This document shows, piece by piece, positions 1 through 13,045 of a stretch of 64,000 nt of DNA. The translations under genes were made by a program, and so were the position numbers. The notes under the pieces were generated by a model. It did no database searches. It was given only the letters and a program-made list of their open reading frames with translations, and was not told the origin of the DNA. Origin of the DNA: Phoronis australis (lineage: Eukaryota > Animalia > Phoronida); the NCBI GenBank assembly GCA_002633005.1, contig NMRA01000818.1, positions 53,245 to 117,244 on the forward strand. Direction: 5' to 3'. Positions within the stretch are counted from its first letter, which is position 1, and the number at the start of each line of letters is the position of its first letter.

Positions 1-236
1 TACTTCGACCAAGCTTAGATTTGTCCGTCTGAAACGGAAAACGGTAGAATGTTTCAATACACAGTGGTAATAACTGCATTACTTTTAGCATTTGAAGGTG
101 GCTAATAAATGGCCACAAAAGCTCCATTTCAAGAACAATAGGCGTTAGAACTACGTGTCATCTGCGTAACCTTTATGCACACTATTGTGATGAACCAAAT
201 AGGGTCTGGTCAAAAACGAAATTGCATTAACATGAT

Positions 237-674
237 TTATTGGGAAACTGCGACGGTGGTTACCTCCACTATGGAGCCGGGTCCTCCAATCTGCCGCTGA
301 TTCCTTACAAAGTGCTCCGTGCACACGTCCCTTATGAAATTATTCCAGTCAACAAGGGTCCTACTGCTCCGGATGGAAAGCTCGTCTCGTATTTGAGCCA
401 TGGTGAAGGTGTCCATGGCCCAAAAGTAGATAAACTGTATAAGTTTGTCGAGTCCCAAGTTTGACTCTGCGAAGAAACTTCCATCTCGGATGGCCAGCGA
501 AGTTTTACATGGGCTGCACCGCCATACGAAGCTGTCCTTTCGAGCAGGGGCTTCGCTCCATGTCATACCTTGATTGCACCGGTTACAGTTCTTATTTGCT
601 GACAGTAATTGATTGTTCTGAAGGAAAGTCACTGTGTCCTCCAAAGTGCGAAGTCTAAAGTCTTGTAATTTCAT
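237..674 (-). mobile_element. Merlin (IS1595/ISXO2-like) DNA transposase, N-terminal part
   Basis: ORF has a CxxC...WRC..C zinc ribbon, SLAIRDGSFFAESNL, TLVDWNNFIRDVC and IGGPGSIVE, the motif that precedes the first catalytic D in eukaryotic Merlin transposases. GAG|gtaacc after IVE looks like a splice donor. The 5' end is fused to recombinase-gene intron sequence at ~675. Confidence 0.85.
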
Positions 675-750
675 TATTTCTTAATTTATTTTTTGAGAGA
701 TATTTGTGACATGACTGAGAAAATGTTACTGTCAAATTAATGACTTGCGT

Positions 751-1746
751 CTGGAGTACAGTGTACTTCTCAACCTTCTTTCTGTAAGCAGATCGAAGGG
801 ATTCATACGAATCATCCCACACAATGGTTGGATCTATGACAAGAGCGTGGCGTTGGTGGTTAACGGCCACAATGTCTGGTACTAGCGTTGACTCCTGTCC
901 GTTGTCGTTCAGAACTGTGATGTGGGGTTCCACCTGGTAATGCATCACCTTAGATTTGAGGAATTGCACCACCCTCCATACAATTCTGTTCTTCCGACCT
1001 ATTCTGTTGGCTTTGACAGTGACACGCCCCAAGAATGTGACCCAGTGTCTCAACTGTCCTATGACAGCGTCGACACCAGGAATCCCAGTTCGGTCGGCCT
1101 CTGTTAATCGCCTCGCATGTCGGATACGTGTTAGATCTTGTTCTGAACGCACCGATAACTTCACCTTCACTGAAAAACGAATAGCCGCAAAGCCATTTGT
1201 TACTCTCCGGGCCGAAGAGGTCGGCCCCCTTGCTCTGACAGCCCAATGCTGTCCACTTCTTCAGTTCAGATGATCGCCAGTTCCTACCAAGCCTGTCATC
1301 GCCATTAGCATATTTACCTTCAAGATCCTTCACCTTCTCGGAAAGCTTAGTCCGAAGACAAACAGCCACCGATAACGGATCAGTTTCTTTCAGGAGCGCA
1401 CGGTATCTTCCGAGGATCAAAAGAGGGACCTGGTAGCCGAAGCACTATAAGCCGAGCCCTCCTCTCTTCTTTGAAATGTAGAAGAAGGAATTGTTGATGC
1501 TATCGCTCAACTTCAGCCATGTCCTAACCCAGAACTGTACTTCTTTGTCTAGCTCACTGAGGACACCAACCGCAGTATGACCCGTGCTAAGCTGGTGGAA
1601 TAACTTAAGGCAGACATAGTCTGTCAAGATGGTCACACGTTGAGTGGGCTTAAGTCCTCGAAATGAATGCAAGTTGTTACCATGACGCCGAAGGCACTCA
1701 ATAGGATTGCTCACCACAGTTCCTCTCCATGGATCGAATCTGCTCC
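751..1746 (-). mobile_element. R2 retrotransposon 3' fragment (thumb, CCHC knuckle, RLE endonuclease), frameshifted
   Basis: Split ORFs encode GGLGL, CRRCHRTVETLGHILGAC, PDIVAV...VIDPTIVWD and KKVEKY. It closely matches ~17583-18582. Confidence 0.92.
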
Positions 1747-4330
1747 GTTTTTGTGCGACACAAAAACGTAGCTACCCTCGCTATTTAAGTGTCGTGTACA
1801 GTCTATAAAATTCAACTGCTCTTCATGAACCTCAACAGGAACAAAGATTGTTGATTTCAGACCTGCGGCTGCCGTTTTATGATGGGATAACTGGAAAAAA
1901 GAATACTATTGAGTTCATTTTGCGCATTTTGCTAAAGTCATACATTCACTGAAATCAGAGTAAAAATATTATATGTTATTGAGTTTAAGTTTCACAACCA
2001 CTAATGTTATGCATTCTCTGAAGGTAGAGTAAAATTATTGCAACAGGTTTCTTCTCAAATACAACTGATAGCATGATTAGCATGGATTTAGGCCTCTTGT
2101 ACTGGCCCTCATTTCGTCGACTACGAGAAAAAACACGTGGTACTTGTATTGATGGCCCACTATGTGACTTGTAGCATTTTGAACACTCTCTATCTCTAGG
2201 TTTGTAATATCGCCTGCTCTTTTGGCATTGGTGACTTGCAAGAAGAGACGGAGAGCATTCCTTCTGTGCACGAGGTTGTGGGAGTTGCGGTGGTCGGAAT
2301 GATAACGGCTATTGATGTACATCTTTACTTGCCATCGTTGGACACCTTGGGGCAGGGAGATTAGGTCGCTGAAAAAGTGATGACGTTTAGTACATGCATC
2401 ATCATTTCAGATGACTAAATTGCCATGCAAAGACCATTTTGTCACTGAGTAAGGTCTATGGCTGAACAGTCGGCATCTGGCCTTTTTGCGACTCTACAAA
2501 GCGTTCAAAGTAAATTTTTGATTCATAGCCTTCAAAAGCTTAGTTATTTAGCAAATGGAAAAAAATCAACTGTAAAATTTCATAGGAAACTATAATTTAT
2601 AGGACACTGTTTCATGTGAAACTGGTCTTACCTTTTCATTTTCTCGGTCTGTACATCCTTTGTTAGACTGACAGCGCAGTTTTTGATATAGCCATATATT
2701 CCTTTTATGTCGCCAACTCTTACATTGAGATGGCGCAGCCACCGGGGACTGTTCTAAGAAAATTCTAAGAACTTTTGGGTGTAGTGTAGATAAATCTTGA
2801 TGGTTTCTGAGCTAAAATACAAAAGGTTTATCAGGGTGTAAAATTCAAATTAGGATTCACTGTCTGAACCTTCATTACCTGTTGCAGTTTATTATGTCAC
2901 CAAATGTAAAATAAACAGAACTATTGTTCATCAAGACTAAAACATAGCTTAACTTATTTGTGACTTGACTGAGAAAATTGTTTGGTAAATTTGATGACTT
3001 ACGTCTTTCCATTCTCTTGCATTATCTCAATTGTGGCTCCTGGTTTACCTATGGCGTCGAGGGCCATCAAACCCTCCTTCGAAAACTGCCGCACAATGGC
3101 GTTTATCCCGCTCCGGTGGGCGGCCATTGTCTTTTCTCCCCGTCTTTGCCCTAACGATCCACGGTTTTTTAAGTCGCCACTGAAAGAATCGACCAGTTTT
3201 TGATATCAAAGAAAGTACAACCTTTTGATCAACAGACTCAGTTATCAAATATTTTGAATGTTGTCATTGATGTTTGATATAAGGTTTAATCATTGGCTGT
3301 CTGGATGGTTAAACATAAGCCGTTAGGTTGTCAACTACTCACACGTAGTCCTCCAAGACTTTCGAAAAACTGTCCATTTCCATGGTCACGGGGGCCAGCA
3401 CAGCTCTCTTGAGCATGTTCGTATATTCCGGTGTCCCCTTTTTCAAGCCATGCTTGGCTTGAAGGTGCTGATCCACTCTGGTTGTTACCGTTGTGCAACC
3501 AGCAAAAGGACACACATGCCTTTTGGTGCTCGACTTTGGTAGCTTTTTTTGGTATACACTACCATGGACAGCTTCGACGTGGCGCTTTAGGTTCACGACC
3601 ATTGCGCCACACTCCTGGCACTGCCTTTGTTTTCTTTTTGTTTTTTTGTCAGGCACAGGTTCCTTTAAAAGAAATGAAATACATCGTGATTAAATTTCTT
3701 ACTCTGAAATTTTTGTGACCATTCACAAATTCTTGTCAATGTCTTAACATGCATGGCTTTCACTTAAAGGCGTCCTGAAATGTTATGTTTTAACAAATTT
3801 TTACTTTTTGTATGGCTTTAGTTTTAACTTACTGGTTCAGATTCAGACGATGGAAAGTCTGTTGGTTGTGAAGATAGCTGCAAACAGAAAAGCATTTAAT
3901 TTGGTGAGAGCCAGTTTAGTACAACTTCATATGTCGTGTTACATTTGTATGACATTTTAGTAACTTTAAACGTAACTTTTCGTAGTCTGAAATGTAACAT
4001 TTCAAGTATTATTGTATTGAAGGGAGGTAGCTTTTTCGTAAAGTGTTAATTTGATCCAGATGATATGTTTCACTAAATCCAAATGATTCTGAGAAAAGAC
4101 TGACTGCTTTACAAATATTTCCATCAATGGTTTCATTAATAAGGCTTTTTTTCAAGAATAGACATCAAAGATTAAAAAAAAGGATTAGGTTGAGATCAAT
4201 AAATTGTTTCTGTTTTTCGTTGTAATATCGGTGATATGTCTTTGAATTTTACTAATGAACCCCATCTCAACTTTTTCATTTCTTTCTTACCTCATTTGAG
4301 TCTGGGGTGTATTCATCGCCTGACGAGCAA
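1745..4330 (-). pseudogene. Intron-containing C2H2-ZF + tyrosine recombinase (Crypton-like) gene, copy A, truncated
   Basis: Phase-consistent GT-AG exons: 3877-3833, 3662-3343 (CQEC..HVEAVH; CPFAGC..HLQAKH), 3179-3003, 2811-2632 (one TAG), 2368-2137 (NAKRAGDITNL, catalytic-Arg-like box), 1890-1745 (HHKT, catalytic-Lys-like). Cut off by a junction to R2. Confidence 0.72.
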
Positions 4331-5827
4331 ATTTCGGGGCTTGATGGGCACCACTAGAATTTAAAGAGATGTGGTTCTTCAAAAATGTCTAAACCAACTT
4401 GCAATGTTTTTAGTTTGCACAATAAACACACTTACATAGATGTTATGTCTAATATTAAAACTTGCATTTAATTTGGAATGTGTCAACTATAATTGATGTC
4501 TGGTTTAGACATGGCCGTGGTATATGGGACTCAGAATCACAAATAAAAATTAGTTGTAAGGACTACATAAATTGTGTTTGATAATTTCGATGATATATCT
4601 GTGTGTTGAGTTACACTGAGACGGCATAATGAGATTCAACAAGCTGAAAACCATACATTTTGAATGACTGGTTTCAAAGCCAGAGGAGACAGGATACTTG
4701 GTCCAGCAGCAGGTGATGGCTCGTTGACTGGAGGGTCCTCACTGTGTGGCTATAATGAAAACACAATATATGTTAGACTGACTTCCTAGCAGCGCCCCCT
4801 TTCTGAAGACAAGCCAGCGTATGCTCGGTTCGCTTCCTCTCCACATCAGCCCTTGCTCTAGCTATTGTCCCCTCATTACGGAGAATAGGGTGCCTGTGCC
4901 GTTCATGTTGGCTAAGGCCAGTCCTAGAAGGACAAGAGAAGGGGTATGCGGAGCACTTGAATCGTCCTGGAATTGCTAGATTGTCAATCGGTCCTTTGCA
5001 CTTTGCGTAGAGACAAGGATAGTCAATTTTGCATTTGCCGCATTTACTCTGTGTTACTATGGCGTATCCTCAAATGTTTGTGTAGTGGCATGGGGCTCAA
5101 GAAAAATTCTAAGCACTGAGGGCAATCGAATCTATTGCCAGGATACATGGCTGTACTGCCGCCAGAAACCACCTGATTACCAAGAGGGTCCTCGACAAGA
5201 TCCACATCCTCCCCTCCATTTAGGGGCACTACGTTAAGAGGGCCCTCAGCGGGTGTTTCTTGGACTCTCCCTGCCAAATGACGGGAATCGGTGACGTGCT
5301 CTGCTGATGCTTCGGTTACACTTGATGTAGAGGGTACCACACTGGTATCACGCGTAGCTCGCACTTGAGAGGCCCCAGATGAGTTGGACCACTCATCGGT
5401 AATACAAAGTAGAGAGTTTGAACCTTATGGCACCAACTGTACTCTCATCAACAGTTAGTGTTGCACCACATGCAGAGTTACCACAGTCCCCATGGGAAGG
5501 ACATGAGGTTGCCAATGACCATGGATTTTGATGGCTTACGCCAGTTCCAAAACTGGAGTGCTCAGCTATACACTCCCACGGGTTTGCCAGTTCAGTCTGA
5601 GGTTCCTGAACATAGCCAGGGAGTTCTCGGCTATTCTCCCTCACCCCACCTTGAGACGGCCCCCGATGTGTAACAAGGGTCGTCAGGCGCCTGGGTTCCC
5701 CATTGTTTATGTTAATATTCTTGTCCATGGCAGTCGGTTGTAGGTTAAGTTAACGTCTAAACCTAAGGAAAGACGGCCCCTTGTCTAAGACATTCCGTTA
5801 TTGGATATGCCGTCGACAAGCAGCGTT

Positions 5828-5996
5828 GTGGTTTGGCTCCTTAGCAAAGTATCACGTCCACTATATTCCTGTCGGGCAGATCAATAACTATAACCGACTA
5901 TCTAAAGTAGTCAGTTATAACAGAATATACAGTACACGGGTCACCTACCCAACTCTTGCCACAAGGAGGCGACCAAATACCACCATTAAGAGAGTC
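5828..5996 (-). ncRNA. HDV-like self-cleaving ribozyme of R2 5' end (P4 type A)
   Basis: Minus strand: P1 GACUCUC..AAGAGUU; P2 UUUGGU..GCCAAA; P3/L3 GCC-UCCUUGU-GGC; P1.1 GG; long P4; J4/2 CUAA. This is the same order as known R2 ribozymes. Confidence 0.82.
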
Positions 5997-6005
5997 ATAG
6001 ATACT
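5986..6005 (-). other. 20-bp 28S rDNA remnant at R2 5' junction (also 13035-13054, 14446-14465, 21396-21415, 28405-28424)
   Basis: AGTATCTATGACTCTCTTAA matches 19/20 to the conserved 28S sequence AGTAACTATGACTCTCTTAA(GG) immediately upstream of the canonical R2 insertion site. Confidence 0.85.
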
Positions 6006-6019
6006 ATTGCTCTCCGGTG

Positions 6020-7410
6020 ACTACTCCTTCACATCATTCTAATGGGCAAGTCTTCCAACAGTATCTTTGGCATCAATGCTACAGAATATAGAGGCACCCT
6101 GAGTTTTCTCCATGGAAATGGGGGCTAAGACAGCCGTCTGTGCTTGGTTGTCTCTTCGTTAGGAAATGTTGGTTTCAACCTTTGGTCAAACAGCAAATGG
6201 ACTTGTGCGCCATTTGTTATTACTTTTTGGTGTCTCTCTGGTGTGTGGACAATAGTACAGCCACACATCGACAGGTTCCTCATTGTTATGTTTCTTGGCA
6301 TTATTCATGACAGTAAAGGTTTAGGTTAAGTTAACGTCTAAGGCTGGTCTGTCTCAAGCTTCATTGCCTGTTTAAGTTAATGATGTCGCGGAATGTAAAA
6401 TAAATTGCATTATTTTTCCACCAAGACTAAATTCTTTTTTAATTTATTTTTTGAGAGATATTTGTGTCTTGACTGAGAAAATGTTACTCTTAAATTAATG
6501 ACTTTCATCTCCATTTTCTTGAATCACGATACTATTCTTTCACCAAGAGCAAAATATTGCTTAATTTGTTTTTCATGGCATTTGTGACTCACGTGATTGA
6601 GAAAATGTCATGGCCAATTTTATAAACTGTCGCATGATCGTTTTAATACTACTGCAATGTGCAGCCATTGCCTGTTCACCGCATTTTTGTCTTGATGATT
6701 CATGTCCTCAAGGTCACCACTGAAAGTATGATGTACTTCTTGATATCAAAGAAAGAAGATCACATTTTGATCAATATTCTCTGGTCCCAAGTTTTGTGAA
6801 TGTTGTCATAGATGGCTTTTCTGATGAAAAATTTCGTTATTTGCTGTCTAAGTGGTGTTGAACCCATCTCCATGGAAACGGGTTAGCACTGCTCTCTTTA
6901 AGACATCAAAGTACTCAATTGTCCGTTTCTCTAGAGCATGCTTGGATTGTAGATGTTGGTCCATCCTCATAGGAACAGTGGTACAACTGGTAAAGCCTAA
7001 TCGTCATAGTCTTCTTCGGTTATGCTTAGTGTTAATTGTTAGCTCAATCATGCTCTTCTCCTTTCAGATTTAGTCTTAGATGGCCTCTTTGGAATGTTGC
7101 ACAAGAATGGATATGGCATTGTCTTGTTCCATCAGGCTTAGGTCTTGGTTTTTAGCTCGGTCTTCACGGTCTTGTTCCATCAGGCTTAGTGATAATTTTC
7201 AGCTAATTCATTATTGTCTTTTCCAGTCACAATTAGTCTTGCAGTTTCATAGTGCTATTGCCTCCGTGCTCTTCTCATGATTTACTGTAGGAAAAGGTGT
7301 TTGCCTTAAGAAAAAACAACAAAAGCTTCGGGAGGGAATCTCCAAGTAACTGCGTGTGTATGCCAGCCATGCAGAATGATGTTGGCCTAAAAGAATTGGG
7401 CAGGGGTTCC
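6020..7410 (-). pseudogene. Degenerate paralogous fragments of the ZF-recombinase gene in the repeat spacer (repeated in each unit)
   Basis: Minus strand encodes CTTVPMRMDQHLQSKHALEKRTIEYFDVLKRAVL and AVLAPISMEK, homologous to CTTVTTRVDQHLQAKHGLKKGTPEYTNMLKRAVLAPVTMEM. The intron block gactgagaaaatg...atgactt is shared with copy A. Confidence 0.7.
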
Positions 7411-7413
7411 CAC

Positions 7414-7687
7414 TTAGTCTGTCAAGATGGTCACATGTTGAGTGGGCTTAAGCCCTCGAAATGAATGCAAGTTGTTACCATGACGCCGAAGGCACTCAAT
7501 AGGATTGCTCACCACAGTTCCTCTCCATGGATCGAATCTGCTCCCGAGATATTTCGCAGATTCACCCGGCACCACCCAAGGTATGTCCTCCCCATTCAGA
7601 ACGAACGGGGCGCACGAATCGTCAATGAAGGAACGCGGAGTTGATTTCAAAATGAAGCCAACACTCTTCCGCACATTCAACTTCATT
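7414..7687 (-). mobile_element. Isolated ~270-bp R2 RT fragment (also 16115-16392 and 23068-23345)
   Basis: MKLNVRKSVGF...KYLGSRFDPW...QHVTILTD. Endpoints are nearly the same in each unit. Confidence 0.9.
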
Positions 7688-8582
7688 CAAAATTTAGTCG
7701 TAAGGACTACATAAATTGTGTTTGATAGTTTCGATGATATACATCTGTGTGTTTAGTTATACTGAGACGGCATAATGAGATTCAACAAGCTGAAAATCAT
7801 GCATTTTGAACGACTGGTTTCCAAGCTAGAGGAGACAGGATACTTAGTCCAGCGGCAGGTGATGGCTCGTTGACTGGAGGGTCTTCACTGTGTGGCTAAA
7901 ATGAAAACACAATATATGCTAGCCATGTAATTACAGAGAACCTCACAACTCGGTGAAGCACAAAATAGTGACCGTTGGACACTTGATTTTGCTTTTATAA
8001 TTGTAGGCAAATTACTATAGCAACTAATCTTTCTTACTCAATTAGGAGAAAGGGAGTGATGTAACGTAGAAGTTCTAATCTATCCACATTACCTGGCTGG
8101 ACTCTTCAAAAGTGGTGTCCACTACTAGCAACCATTGGTCGGTGTCATAGCTGTCAATATGCGGCTGAAATGATTAAATGGTTTGCTAGTTATTAAATAG
8201 TGCGCTGGCAGGCTTGTCCAAATCATGTATTCTTAAACACCATCCTGTTGTTAATGAATGCCCCTTGATTTTGGATATAGTGATCTTAGAGCGAAACTTT
8301 TTTTGCTGAAAGCAATGTCAAAAATCTTAAATGTGCAACTTACCACATTTGTCAAGTCCTTGTCCAAATACTCTGTATCTTCCTCTCTGAATTCATAGAC
8401 ATCCACGTCTGCATTCTAAAATACGTTCTCACTTTTCAGTTACTCTAGAGTGAAACATTGTTTATTGTAATACCAAATGGAAATCTTAATATCCAGGTTT
8501 GGCCGTCATGTTTCCTCGATTATGTTACCTAAATTTGAAACAGATTTGGCCCGTTCAACTTGATGATCACAAAGTTAAGAAA

Positions 8583-8642
8583 CCAATTGAACTGCACTCA
8601 TTTAAACAGCCAATTGGACTGCACTCGTTTATTAAACCAGTT
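8583..8642. repeat. 27-bp tandem repeat CCAATTGGACTGCACTCATTTAAACAG (also ~17286-17372 and ~24234-24320, each with one extra unit)
   Basis: Direct inspection. It lies just beyond the truncated R2 3' end. Confidence 0.9.
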
Positions 8643-8708
8643 GACGAAGATTTTCTTACTCTCCCCTCTTTCCTGTGCTTTGTGGGATAAGGAGCCCCCC
8701 ATCGCTAG

Positions 8709-9017
8709 TTCTTCTCTGTTTCAGTTCTAAAAATAAAAAACAAAATGCATAGCAAACCTCACAGATACAGACAAAATGCAAATTCGAAAATACCAAATAC
8801 GAAAACACCATGAAAAATACCTCAATACTGCCGCTCCCTGGCTCTCCTCACTGACGCCAAATATGCACTGCCACAATGTAAGTAAATCGAGTCGGCGCAC
8901 AACACTTATACTGAAATGAGGGTCAGGTCATATGCAAATTACATTCAGTCCCATTCAGTCATGAATATACACGTGACCATGAGCCACCTGGAGCAAACAA
9001 ACGTGAAGAATCTTACA
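8709..9017 (-). mobile_element. 309-bp insertion, probable solo LTR, with 5-bp TSD GCTAG
   Basis: Absent from the equivalent sites at ~17435 and ~24382. GCTAG is duplicated at 8704-8708 and 9018-9022. The minus strand starts TGTAAGA; the other end lacks a clean CA. Confidence 0.6.
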
Positions 9018-12000
9018 GCTAGGTTGCACCAATACGGAACTTCAGCTCTAGGCATCTCTAGGTTTTGAAAAAGAGTGTCATTGTCTTCAAACCATGCTCC
9101 TCTGGCTTCAATCACCACTGGATATATCGCTACAGAGTCAACTCCCAGTCTCTCTTGCAGTATGGGCTGGAGTACAGTGTACTTCTCAACCTTCTTTCTG
9201 TAGGCAGATCGAAGGGATTCATACGAATCATCTCACACAATGGTTGGATCTATAACAAGAGCGTGGCGTTGGTGGTTAACGACCACAATGTCTGGTACTA
9301 GCGTTGACTCCTGTCCATTGTCCTTCAGAACTGTGATGTGGGGTTCCACCTGGTAACGCATCCCCTTAGATTTGAGGAATTGCACCACCCTCCATGCAAT
9401 TCTGTTGTGCCGAGCTATTCTATTGGCTTTCACAGAGTGACACGCCCCAAGAATATGACCCAGTGTCTCAAGTGTCCTATGACAGCGTCAGCACCGGGAA
9501 TCCCGGTTCGGTCGGCCTCTGTTAATCGCCTCGCGTGTCAGATACGTGTTAGTTCTCATTCTCAACGCACCGATAACTTCACCTTCACTGAAAAACGAAT
9601 AGCCGCAAAGCCATTTGTTACTCTCCGGGCCGAAGAGGTCGGCCCCCATACCCTGACAGCCCAATGCTGTCCACTTCTTCTGTTCAGATGATTGCCTGTT
9701 CTTACCAAGCCTGTCATCGCCATCAGCATATTTACCTTCAAGATGCTTCACCTTCTCGGAAAGCTTAGTCCGAAGACAAACGGCCATTGATAACGGATCA
9801 GTTTCTTTCAGGAGCGCACGGTATCTTCCGAGGAGCAAGAGAGGGACCTGTTAGCGGAAGCACAGTAAGCCGAGCCCTCCTTTCTTTGAAACATAGAAGA
9901 AGGAATTGTTGATGCTATCGCTCAACTTTAGCCATGTTCTAACCCAGAACCGTACCTCTTTGTCTAGCTCATTGAGGACACCACCGCAGTATGACCCATG
10001 CGAAGTTGATGAAATAACTTAGGACAGACATAGTCTGTCTAGATGGTCACACGTTGAGTCGGCTTAAGTCCTCGAAATGAATGTAAGTTGTTACCATGAC
10101 GCCAAAGGCGCTCAGGGGCATTGCTCACCACAGTTCCTCTCCAAGTATCAAATCTGCTCCCGAGATATTTCGCAGATTCACCCGGCACCACCCAAGGTAT
10201 GTCGTCCCATTCAGAATGAACAGGGCGCACGAATTGACAATGAAGGAACGTGCATTTCTTTTCAAATTGAAGCCATCGGTCTTCCGCACATTTAACTTCA
10301 TGCCTGTGTCTGCGCAGAACCGCTCAACGATCTTTAAATTCTGCTGCATACCTTTTCGATCATGGGAGATGACACCAGTATCGTCTGCATATGCTAAGGC
10401 GGCGACAGTGTGGCTGTTTGCAGAATACCCTTGCCCTTCTTTTTCCAAAGTACAGATCAGGGGATCCATACAGAGGAGAAAGAGTACCGGTGAAAGCGGA
10501 TCACCTTGTTTAACACCACGCTCCATGGGGATGATGTCGGTTTTCCCCTTTTGTAAACTGAAATATGTCCCACTATTGTGGTACATATCAGCTACAATTT
10601 TTATAAAGTGCGGGTGCACTTTAAGGTGTTCGAGGGCACTGATGAGATGTGCACGCTCGACAGTGTCCAACGCTTTCGCCAAATCCAAGAAGCCATACAA
10701 ATTTCCCCACCGTCAGACTTGACCAGGCGCAGGAGCTGTTCAACCAAGGAAGTGTTTATGGCACAACCCGGTTTACGTATAAAGCCCTTTTGCCGGTCGC
10801 AAAGTGGCACCGCACCCAGAAGTCTTCAAGCAAGAATCTTCGTGTATAGTCTCAATACAATACTCGATATCGTCAGCGGCCTCCAGTTGCCAATGTCATC
10901 CAGGTTCTCGGTACCCTTAGGAAGAAGTATCGATCGCCCAGATTTCAAAGACTCCGGGATAACACCGCTAACGAACCAAGCATTAAGTATCGAAACCAGT
11001 AGTCCTTTCTTGGCAGCCAAGGCCCTCAGGTCGGACGCTTTGATTTTATCAGGTCCCGGCGCGGTAGACGTCCGGAATCCCATAATGGCCCGAGAGATCT
11101 CACGCTCGGTAATGGGAGACATCAATTGCCCATTATCCGCATACCCCATGGGGGGAGCGAAATTACTGAGGTCGACTTCTTTAACAGCGTCAGAGCTACC
11201 AAAACGCATTTTGTATGTGTCATACACTAACGTTGGGTCCAGCGGACAACGACAGTCCCCTTTACCATCAAGGATCTGTCCAGCTAAGGCCTTGCGGTTC
11301 GTATCAAAGAGAGTCTGAACTTTCCGGAAAGAAGCGGCCTTTCCTTTCACTCCAGCCCCCTTTCGCCAGTTTCCAAAGCTCGGTTGTGTTGGTTGCCTCG
11401 ACGTTACTGCTGATGCCAACACGGTGGCATGATCGGCTGCAGTAACTACGTCAGTGAAGCACTTGCAAAAGGTTTCGTATGCGGCAGCCGTAGGTTCCGA
11501 ATCATGAAGATCTTCGCCCAAAGCTACACACAAGTCCCGGATGTTGTCCCTCCAAGCGGCCTCGGAGTTGTCGGGGGGTAACTCAACGTGCAAGATGTCG
11601 GGTGTCCTTTCCTTGACTGTTGGCTCCTTGTCACTTATCACGCCTCTCCTTTTCAGATCGGAGATCTTACTAGAGAGCTGCGTAGATGTTTTTCCTGGCA
11701 AGAGGCCCTGCGCCACAAGAGCTTGACACCAATGTTTCTTGCCTTCTCGCATTGCACGCGAATAGAAGTCCGATAGAATATTGACCTCTTCAACTGACCA
11801 GACTGACTTCCTAGCAGCGCCCCCTTTCTGAAGACGAACCAGCGTACGCTCGGTTCGCTTCCTCTCCACATCAGCCCTTGCTCTAGCTATTCTCCCCTCG
11901 TTACGGAGAACAGGGTGCCTGTGCCGTTCGTGTTGGCTAAGGCCAGTCCTAGAAGGTCAAGAGAAGGGGCATGCGGAGCACTTGAATCGCCCTGGAATTG

Positions 12001-12878
12001 CTAGATTGTCAATCGGTCCTTTGCACTTCGCGTAATGGTGGGCAATGGAGAGACAAGGATAGTCAATTTGGCATTTGCCGCATTTGAGACGATACTCGGT
12101 GTTGCAATGGCGTATCCTCAAATGTTTGTGGAGTGGCATGGGTCTTAAGAAAAACTCTAAGCACTGAGGGCAATCGAATCTGTTGGCAGGATACATGGCT
12201 GTACTGCCGCCAGAAACCACCTGATTACCCACAGGGTCCTCGACAAGATCCACATCCTCCCCTTCGATAAGGGGCACCACGTTGAGGGGGCCCTCATCGG
12301 GTGTGTCTTGGACTCCTCCAGCCAAATGACAGGAATCGGTGACGCGCTCTGCTGATACTTCGGGTACACTTGATGTAGAGGGTACCACACTTGTGTCATG
12401 CGTAGCTCGCACTTGAGAGGCCCCAGATGGGCTGGACCTCTCATCGGTAGTTCGAAATAGAGAGTTTGAACCTCTGGCACCAACTGTACTCTCATCAACA
12501 GTTAGTGTTGCACCGCATGTAATATTACCACAGTCCCCATGGGAAGGACATGTGGTTGCTGACGACCGTGCATTTTGACGGCTTACGCCAGTTCCGAAAC
12601 CGGAGTGCTCAGCTGCACACTCCCACGGGTTCGCCGGTTCAGGTTGAGGTGCCTGAACATAGCCAGAGAGTTCTCGGCTATTCTCCCTCGCCCCACGTTG
12701 AGACGGCCCCCGATTTGTAACAAGGGTCGCCAGGCGCCTGGGTTCCCCATTGATCAATTCTTTATCGGATTCCTCCATGATATACAGGTTATAGGTTTAG
12801 TTAACGTCTAAACCTTAGGAAAGACGGCCCCTTGCCTAGGACATTCCGTTATTGGAGATGCCGTCGACAAGCAGCGTT

Positions 12879-13045
12879 GTGCCTTGGCTCCTTAGCAAAG
12901 TATCACATTCACTATACTCCTGATTGCCAAATCATTATCTAGAACCATCTGTCTACAGTAAATAGATCTAAGGACATACAATACAAGTGTCACCTTTCCA
13001 ACTCTGGACACAAGGAGGCGACCAAATACCACCATTAAGAGAGTC
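12879..13045 (-). ncRNA. HDV-like ribozyme, P4 type B (P3 mismatch)
   Basis: Same topology as 5828-5996. P3/L3 reads GCC-UCCUUGU-GUC, followed by CAGAGUU-GG; J4/2 CUAA. Confidence 0.7.

Larger units (their letters stand above)
4775..6005 (-). mobile_element. R2 5' fragment (28S remnant, ribozyme/5'UTR, ORF start, zinc fingers; ends at Myb start)
   Basis: MDKNININNGEPRR ORF start, then CPQC..HLRIRH, CGKC and HERHRHP, with stops and deletions. Homologous to ~11802-13054. Confidence 0.9.

Noticed and set aside
5986-6005. 28S rRNA gene
   Set aside because: Only ~20 bp match. No other rDNA on either side, so it is an R2 junction remnant and not an rRNA gene.
5781-7280. Recurrent short plus-strand ORFs (e.g. 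MVLNPSPWK.., MASLECCTR..) seen in each unit
   Set aside because: They recur only because the DNA is repeated. The meaningful homology is on the minus strand.
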